Position numbers and translations under genes: made by a program. Below the pieces are notes generated by a model. The model had not been told where the DNA came from, did no database searches, and saw only the letters and a program-made list of their open reading frames with translations. Of a DNA stretch of 64,000 nucleotides, positions 55,601 through 64,000 are shown one piece after another. The stretch is from the human T2T-CHM13v2.0 reference genome, Homo sapiens, in assembly GCF_009914755.1 (NCBI RefSeq), contig NC_060945.1. One strand, given 5' to 3'. Each line of letters opens with the position of its first letter. Positions within the stretch are counted from its first letter, which is position 1.

Positions 55601-58600
55601 TGGACATATATCTGCACTGATCACCCAGGTGATGCAAATCTTGCCTAGGCTTTGCCTACAGGGGACATTGTGACATATCGCTTCAATGATCACCCATGTG
55701 ATGCAACACTTGCCTAGGCTTTGCCTACAGGGGACATTGTGACATATCTCTGCACTGATCTCCCAGGTGCTGTAACTTTAGTCTAGACTCTGGCTACACG
55801 GCATTGTGACATATCACTGCACTGATCAACCAGGTGATATAACTCTTGTCTAGGCTCTGCCTACAGGGGGCTTGTGACATATCTCTACACTGGTCACCCA
55901 GGTGATATAACTCTTCTCTACGATCTGCCTACAGGGTGCTTTGTGACATATCCCTGCAATGATCACCCAGGTGATCTAACTCTGGTTTAAGCTCTGCCTA
56001 AAGGGGCATTGTGACAGATCTCTGCACTGATCACTCAGGTGATGTAACTATTGTCTAGGCTCTGCTTAAAGGGGCCTTGTCACATATCTCTGCAATGATC
56101 ACCCAGGTGATGTAACTCTTGTCTAGCCTCTGCTTCCACGGCATATTGTGACATATCTATGCACTGATCACCTTAGTGATGTAACACTTGTGTAGGCTCG
56201 GCCTACAGGGGAATATTGACATATCTCTGCACTGTTAACCGAGGTGATTTATCTCTTGTCTACGCTGTGCCCACAGGGGGATTGAGACATATCTCTGCAC
56301 TGATCCCGAGGTGATCCAACTGTTGCCTGGTCTCTGCCTACTGGGGACATTGTGACATATCTCTGCACTGATCTCCCAGGTGCTGTAACTTTAGTCTAGG
56401 CTCTGGCTGCACGGCATTGTGACATATCACTGCACTGATCACCCAGGTGATATAAATCTTTTCTAGGCTCTGCCTACAATGGCCTTGTGACATATATCTG
56501 CACTGATCACCCAGGTGATATAACTCTTCTCTAGGATCTGACCACAAGGTGCTTTGTGGCATTTCCCTGCAATGATCACCCAGGTGATATACCACTTGCC
56601 AAGGCTCTGCCTACAGGGGCATTTCAATGTATCTCTGCACTGATCACCTAGGTCTTGTAACTCTTTTCTAGGATCTGCCCACAGGGTGTTTTTTGACGTA
56701 TCCCAGCAAGGATTACCCAGGTGATGTACCGCTCATCAAGGCTCTGCCTACAGGCACATTGCGATGTATCTCTGCACTGATCACCTAGGTCATGTAACTT
56801 TTGTCTAGGCTCTGCCTACCATGGCATTGTGACATATCTCTGCACTAATCATCCAAGTGATGTAACCCTTGTCTAGGATCTGCCTAAATTAACTTTGTGA
56901 CATAACCCTGTACTGATCATCCAGATGATGGGGCTTTTTTCTAGGCTCTGCCTAAGGGGGCATTGTGACATATTTCTGCATTGATCACCCAGGTGGCGAA
57001 CTCTTCTCTTGGATCTGCCTATGGGGGCATTGTGACAAATCTCTGCACTGATCACACAGGTGATGTAACTGTTGTGTAACCTCTGCCTACAGGGGAATTG
57101 CGAGAGATCTCGCCACTGATCAACCAAGTGATGTAACCATTGTCTAGGCTTTGCGTACAGGGGGCTTTGTGACATACCTTTGCACTGATCACCCAGGTGA
57201 TGTAACACATCTAAGTTCGGCCTAAAGGAGCTTTGTGACATATCTCTGCACTGATCACTTAGGTGATGTAACACTTTTATAAGCACTGCCTACAGGGAAT
57301 TTTGACAAATCTCTGCACTGATCACCTAGGTGATGTAACGCTTGTCTACCCTCTGTCCAACGGGGCATTGTGAAATATCTCTGCACTGATCACCCAGGTG
57401 ATTCAACTCTTGACTAGGATCTGCCTACAGAGGTTATTGTGAAATATCTCTGCACTGATAAACTAGGTGGTGTAACCCTTATCCAAGCTCTGCCTACAGG
57501 GGCGTTTTCACATATCCCTGAAGTGATGACAAAGGTGATATAACTCTTTCCTAGGCTTTGCCTACAGGGGACATTGGACATATATCTGCACTGATCACCC
57601 AGGTGATGCAACTCTTGCCTAGGCTTTTCCTACAGGGGACATTGTGACATATCGCTTCAATGATCACCCATGTGATGCAACTCTTGCCTAGGCTTTGCCT
57701 ACAGGGGACATTGTGACATATCTCTGCACTGATCTCCCAGGTGCTGTAACTTTAGTCTAGACTCTGGCTACACGGCATTGTGACATATCACTGCACTGAT
57801 CAACCAGGTGATATAACTCTTGTCTAGGCTCTGCCTACAGGGGGCTTGTGACATATCTCTGCACTGATCACCCAGCTGATATAACTCTTCTCTAGGATCT
57901 GCCTACAGGGTGCTTTGTGACATATCCCTGCAATGATCACCCAGGTGATCTAACTCTGGTTTAAGCTCTGCCTAAAGGGGCATTGTGACAGATCTCTGCA
58001 CTGATCACTCAGGTGATGTAACTATTGTCTAGGCTCTGCTTAAAGGGGCCTTGTCACATATCTCTGCAATGATCACCCAGGTGATGTAACTCCTGTCTAG
58101 CCTCTGCTTTCACGGCATATTGTGACATATCTATGCACTGATCACCTTAGTGATTTACCACTTGTGCAGGCTCGGCCTACAGGGGAATATTGACATATCT
58201 CTGCACTGTTAACCGAGGTGATTTAACTCTTGTCTAGGCTGTGCCCACAGGGGGATTGAGACATATCTCTGCACTGATCCCGAGGTGATCCAACTGTTGC
58301 CTGGTCTCTGCCTACTGGGGACATTGTGACATATCTCTGCACTGATCTCCCAGGTGCTGTAACTTTAGTCTAGGCTCTGGCTACACGGCATTGTGACATA
58401 TCACTGCACTGATGACCCAGGTGATATAAATCTTGTCTAGGCTCTGCCTACAATGGCCTTGTGACATATCTCTGCACTGATCACCCAGGTGATATAACTC
58501 TTCTCTAGGATCTGACCACAGGGTGCTTTGTGGCATTTCCCTGCAATGATCACCCAGGTGATATACCACTTGCCAACGCTCTGCCTACAGGGGCATTGCA

Positions 58601-61600
58601 ATGTGTCTCTGCACTGATCACCTAGGTCTTGTAACTCTTTTCTTCGATCTGCCCTCAGGGTGCTTTTTGACGTATCCCAGCAAGGATTACCCAGGTGATG
58701 TACCTCTCATCAAGGCTCTGCCTACCGACACATTGCGATGTATCTCTGCACTGATCACCTAGGTCATGTAACTTTTGTCTAGGCTCTGCCTACGATGGCA
58801 TTGTGACATATCTCTGCACTAATCATCCAAGTGATGTAACCCTTGTCTAGAATCTGTCTAAATTAACTTTGTGACATAACCCTGTACTAATCATCCGGGT
58901 GATGGGGCTTTTGTCTAGGCTCTGCCTAAGGGGGCATTGTGACATATTTCTACATTGATCACCCAGGTGGCGAACTCTTCTCTTGGATCTGCCTATGGGG
59001 GCATTGTGACAAATCTCTGCACTGATCGCCCAGGTGATGAAACTGTTGTGTAACCTCTGCCTACAGGGGAATTGTGAGAGATCTCGCCACTGATCACCCA
59101 AGTGATGTAACCATTGTCTAGGCTTTGCGTACAGGGGGCTTTGTGACATACATTTGCACTGATCACCCAGGTGATGTAACACATCTATGTTCGGCCTAAA
59201 GGAGCTTTGTGACATATCTCTGCACTGATCACTTAGGTGATGTAACACTTTTATAAGCACTGCCTACAGGGAATTTTGACAAATCTCTGCACTGATCACC
59301 TAGGTGATGTAACGCTTGTCTACCCTCTGTCCAACGGGGCATTGTGAAATATCTCTACACTGATCACACAGGTGATTCAACTCTTGGCTAGGATCTGCCT
59401 ACAGAGGTTATTGTGAAATATCTCTGCACTGATAAACTAGGTGGTGTAACCCTTATCCAAGCTTTGCCTACAGGGGCGTTTTCACATATCCCTGAAGTGA
59501 TGACAAAGGTGATGTAACTCTTGCCTAGGCTTTGCCTACAGGAGACATTGGACATATATCTGCACTGATCACCCAGGTGATTCAACTCTTGCCTAGGCTT
59601 TGCCTACAGGAGACATTGTGACATATCGCTTCAATGATCACCCATGTGATGCAACTCTTCCCTGGGCTTTGCCTACAGGGGACATTGTGACATATCTCTG
59701 TACTGATCTCCCAGGTGCTGTAACTTTAGTCTAGACTCTGGCTACACGGCATTGTGACATATCACTGCACTCATCAACCAGGTGATATAACTCTTGTCTA
59801 GGCTCTGCCTACAGGGGGCTAGTGACATATCTCTGCACTGATCACCCAGGTGATATAACTCTTCTCTAGGATCTGCCTACAGGGTGCTTTGTGACATATC
59901 CCTGCAATGATCACCCAGGTGATCTAACTCTGGTTTAAGCTCTGCCTAAAGGGGCATTGTGACAGATCTCTGCACTGATCACTCAGGTGATGTAACTATT
60001 GTCTAGGCTCTGCTTAAAGGGGCCTTGTCACATATCTCTGCACTGATCACCCAGGTGATGTAACTCTTGTCTAGCCTCTGCTTTCACGGCATATTGTGAC
60101 ATATCTATGCACTGATCACCTTAGTGATGTAACAATTGTGTAGGCTCGGCCTACAGGGGAATATTGACATATCTCTGCACTGTTAACCGAGGTGATTTAA
60201 CTCTTGTCTAGGCTGTGCCCACAGGGGGATTGAGACATATCTCTGCACTGATCCCGAGGTGATCCAACTGTTGCCTGGTCTCTGCCTACTGGGGACATCG
60301 TGACATATCTCTGCACTGATCTCCCAGGTGCTGTAACTTTAGTCTAGGCTCTGGCTACACGGCATTGTGACATATCACTGCACTGATGACCCAGGTGATA
60401 TAAATCTTGTCTAGGCTCTGCCTACAATGGCCTTGTGACATATCTCTGCACTGATCACCCAGGTGATATAACTCTTCTCTAGGATCTGACCACAGGGTGC
60501 TTTGTGGCATTTCCCTGCAATGATCACCCAGGTGATATACCACTTGCCAAGGCTCTGCCTACAGGGGCATTGCAATGTATCTCTGCACTAATCACCTAGG
60601 TCTTGTAACTCTTTTCTTCGATCTGCCCTCAGGGTGCTTTTTGACGTATCCCAGCAAGGATTACCCAGGTGATGTACCTCTCATCAAGGCTCTGCCTACA
60701 GACACATTGCGATGTATCTCTGCACTGATCACCTAGGTCATGTAACTTTTGTCTAGGCTCTGCCTACGATGGCATTGTGACATATCTCTGCACTAATCAT
60801 CCAAGTGATGTAACCCTTGTCTAGGATCTGCCTAAATTAACTTTGTGACATAACCCTGTACTGATCATCCGGGTGATAGGGCTTTTTTCTAGGCTCTGCC
60901 TAAGGGGGCATTGTGACATATTTCTGCATTGATCACCCAGGTGGCGAACTCTTCTCTTGGATCTGCCTATGGGGGCATTGTGACAAATCTCTGCACTGAT
61001 CACCCAGGTGATGTAACTGTTGTGTAACCTCTGCCTACAGGGGAATTGTGAAAGATCTCGCCACTGATCACCCAAGTGATGTAACCATTGTCTAGGCTTT
61101 GCGTACAGGGGGCTTTGTGACATACCTTTGCACTGATCACCCAGGTGATGTAACACATCTAAGTTCGGCCTAAAGGAGCTTTGTGACATATCTCTGCACT
61201 GATCACTTAGGTGATGTAACACTTTTTTAACCACTGCCTACAGGGAATTTTGACAAATCTCTGCACTGATCACCTAGGTGATGTAACGCTTGTCTACTCT
61301 CTGTCCAACGGGGCATTTTGAAATATCTCTGCACTGATCACCCAGGTGATTCAACTCTTGACTAGGATCTGCCTACAGAGGTTATTGTGAAATATCTCTG
61401 CACTGATAAACTAGGTGGTGTAACCCTTATCCAAGCTCTGCCTACAGACTCGTTTTCACATATCCCTAAAGTGATGACAAAGGAGATGTAACTCTTGCCT
61501 AGGCTTTCCCTACGGGGGACATTGGACATATATCTGCACTGATCACCCAGGTGATACAACTCTTGCCTAGGCTTTCCCTACAGGGGACATTGTGACATAT

Positions 61601-62544
61601 CGCTTCAATGATCACTCATGTGATGCAACTCTTGCCTAGGCTTTGCCTACAGGGGACATTGTGACATATCTCTGCACTGATCTCCCAGGTGCTGTAACTT
61701 TAGACTAGACTCTGGCTACACGGCATTGTGACATATCACTGCACTGATCAACCAGGTGATATAACTCTTGTCTAGGCTCTGCCTACAGGGGGCTAGTGAC
61801 ATATCTCTGCACTGATCACCCAGGTGATATAACTCTTCTCTAGGATCTGCCTACAGGGTGCTTTGTGACATATCCCTGCAATGATCACCCAGGTGATCTA
61901 ACTCTGGTTTAAGCTCTGCCTAAAGGGGCATTGTGACAGATCTCTGCACTGATCACTCAGGTGATGAAACTATTGTCTAGGCTCTGCTTAAAGGGGCCTT
62001 GTCACATATCTCTGCAATGATCACCCAGGAGAGGTAACTCTTGTCTAGCCTCTGCTTCCGCGGCATATTGTGACATATCTATGCACTGATCACCTTAGTG
62101 ATGTAACACTTGTGTAGGCTCGGCCTACAGGGGAATATTGACATATCTCTGCACTGTTAACCGAGGTGACTTAACTCTTGTCTAGGCTGTGCCCACAGGG
62201 GGATTGAGACATATCTCTGCACTGATCCCGAGGTGATCCAACTGTTGCCTGGTCTCTGCCTACTGGGGACATTGTGACATATCTCTGCACTGATCTCCCA
62301 GGTGCTGTAAATATAGTCCAGGCTCTGGCTACACGGCATTGTGACATATCACTGCACTGATCACCCAGGTGATATAAATCTTGTCTAGGCTCTGCCTACA
62401 ATGGCCTTGTGACATATCTCTGCACTGATCACCCAGGTGATATAACTCTTCTCTAGGATCTGACCACAGGGTGCTTTGTGGCATTTCCCTGCAATGATCA
62501 CCCAGGTGATATACCACTCGCCAACGCTCTGCCTACAGGGGCAT

Positions 62545-64000
62545 TGCAATTTATCTCTGCACTGTTCACCTAGGTCTTGTAACTCTTTTCTTCGATCTGC
62601 CCACAGGGTGATTTTTGACGTATCCCAGCAAGGATTACCCAGGTGATGTACCTCTCATCAAGGCTCTGCCTACAAGCACATTGCGATGTATCTCTGCACT
62701 GATCACCTAGGTCATGTAACTTTTGTCTAGGCTCTGCCTACGATGGCATTGTGACATATCTCTGCACTAATCATCCAAGTGATGTAACACTTCTCTAGGA
62801 TCTGCCTAAATTAACTTTGTGACATAACCCTGTACTGATCATCCAGGTGATGGGGCTTTTGTCTAGGCTCTGCCTAAGGGGGCATTGTGACATATTTCTG
62901 CATTGATCACCCAGGTGGCGAACTCTTCTCTTGGATCTGCCTATGGGGGCATTGTGACAAATCTCTGCACTGATCACCCAGGTGATGTAACTGTTGTGTA
63001 ACCTCTGCCTACAGGGGAATTGTGAGAGATCTCGCCACTGATCACCCAAGTGATGTAACCATTGTCTAGGCTTTGCGTACTGGGGGCTTTGTGACATACC
63101 TTTGCACTGATCACCCAGGTTATGTAACACATCTAAGTTCGGCCTAAAGGAGCTTTGTGACATATCTCTGCACTGATCACTTAGGTGATGTAACACTTTT
63201 ATAAGCACTGCCTACAGGAAATTTTGACAAATCTCTGCACTGATCACCTAGGTGATGTAACGCTTGTCTACCCTCTGTCCAACGGGGCATTGTGAAATAT
63301 CTCTGCACTGATCACCCAGGTGATTCAACTCTTGACTAGGATCTGCCTACAGAGGTTATTGTGAAATATCTCTGCACTGATAAACTAGGTGGTGTAACCC
63401 TTATCCAAGCTCTGCCTACAGGGGCGTTTTCACATATCCCTGAAGTGATGACAAAGGTGATGTAACTCTTGCCTAGGCTTTGCCTACAGGGGACATTGTG
63501 ACATATCGCTTCAATGATCACCCATTTGATGCAACTCTTGCCTAGGCTTTGCCTACAGGGGACATTGTGACATATCTCTGCACTGATCTCCCAGGTGCTG
63601 TAACTTTAGTCTAGACTCTGGCTACACGGCATTGTGACATATCACTGCACTGATCAACCAGGTGATATAACCCTTGTCTAGGCTCTGCCTACAGGGGGCT
63701 TGTGACATAGCTCTGCACTGATCACCCAGGTGATATAACTCTTCTCTAGGATCTGCCTACAGGGTGCTTTGTGACATATCCCTGCAATGATCACCCAGGT
63801 GATCTAACTCTGGTTTAAGCTCTGCCTAAAGGGGCATTGTGACAGATCTCTGCACTGATCACTCAGGTGATGTAACTATTGTCTAGGCTCTGCTTAAAGG
63901 GGCCTTGTCACATATCTCTGCAATGATCACCCAGGTGATGTAACTCTTGTCTAGCCTCTGCTTTCACGGCATATTGTGACATATCTATGCACTGATCACC
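62545..64000. repeat. Partial final HOR unit lacking the GGACATATATCTGC monomer (junction 63464-63498)
   Basis: GACAAAGGTGATGTAACTCTTGCCTAGGCTTTGCCTACAGGGGACATTG continues directly into TGACATATCGCTTC. The fused 61-aa ORF 63336..63521 reflects the same deletion. Confidence 0.88.

Larger units (their letters stand above)
1..64000. repeat. Beta satellite (68-bp Sau3A/BSR) tandem array, ~940 monomers, single orientation, running off both window ends
   Basis: The motif CTCTGCACTGATCACCCAGGTGATGTAACTCTTGTCTAGGCTCTGCCTACAG recurs every 67-69 bp throughout, with a GATC (Sau3A) site in most monomers. It matches the primate beta-satellite consensus as I know it. No other sequence class was seen. Confidence 0.97.
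16699..64000. repeat. HOR subfamily B sub-array (unit 1974 bp; e.g. starts at 17893, 21841, 25790, 43556, 62545)
   Basis: Diagnostic alleles: AGGATCTGCCTAAATTAACTTTGTG, TTTTATAAGCACTG, AGGGGAATATTGAC, CTGTTAACCGAGG, GGGGACATTGGAC (+1 nt versus A), CCTTATCCAA. ORF track shows MLIK...NLGRS spaced at 1974 bp. Confidence 0.9.

Noticed and set aside
251-63521. Recurrent minus-strand ORFs (137, 60-65 and 84-86 aa) with HHLGDQC / ITWVISA motifs resembling a His/Cys-rich repeat protein
   Set aside because: They are translations of the 68-bp monomer in shifting frames (68 is not a multiple of 3), recur once per HOR, and gain or lose stops and frames freely between copies. No coding signature or recognisable domain. 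Useful only as variant markers.
1-64000. CRISPR-like look: conserved partly palindromic core plus a more variable segment at ~68-bp period
   Set aside because: The would-be spacers are all homologous to one another and repeat every 29 units, no cas genes or leader are present, and the sequence is a known primate satellite.
1-64000. Alpha satellite or functional centromere core
   Set aside because: The monomer is 68 bp, not 171 bp, with no alphoid similarity, and I saw no CENP-B box.
1-64000. Interspersed elements or inversions (Alu, L1, LSau/D4Z4-like units, rDNA pieces) often found near beta satellite
   Set aside because: Unit spacings are fully explained by whole monomers plus or minus 1 bp. 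No poly(A), GC-rich island or reverse-oriented monomer was seen.

Overview
The whole 64 kb is one uninterrupted, head-to-tail array of primate beta satellite (68-bp Sau3A/BSR family; consensus approx. TGTGACATATCTCTGCACTGATCACCCAGGTGATGTAACTCTTGTCTAGGCTCTGCCTACAGGGGCAT), about 940 monomers, all in one orientation. Monomers are organised as a 29-mer higher-order repeat (HOR) of 1973-1974 bp (32 complete units plus one partial). That size matches the ~2.0-kb beta-satellite HOR I recall from human acrocentric short arms; the location is an inference. I find no genes, RNAs, transposons or CRISPR, and all listed ORFs are by-products of the repeat. I found no evidence of a new gene-based system. The interesting content is array architecture: (i) two HOR subfamilies (A, 1-~16.7 kb, 1973 bp; B, ~16.7-64 kb, 1974 bp) joined by an abrupt junction that is out of register by three monomers; (ii) HOR-of-HOR periodicities (a ~3.95-kb dimer twice, a 5922-bp trimer about three times); (iii) roughly symmetric layers of shared variants flanking the youngest block; (iv) whole-monomer deletions, three of them in one near-identical monomer triplet; (v) older duplications inside the 29-mer. 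All variant comparisons were made by eye with help from the ORF track, so boundaries are approximate.
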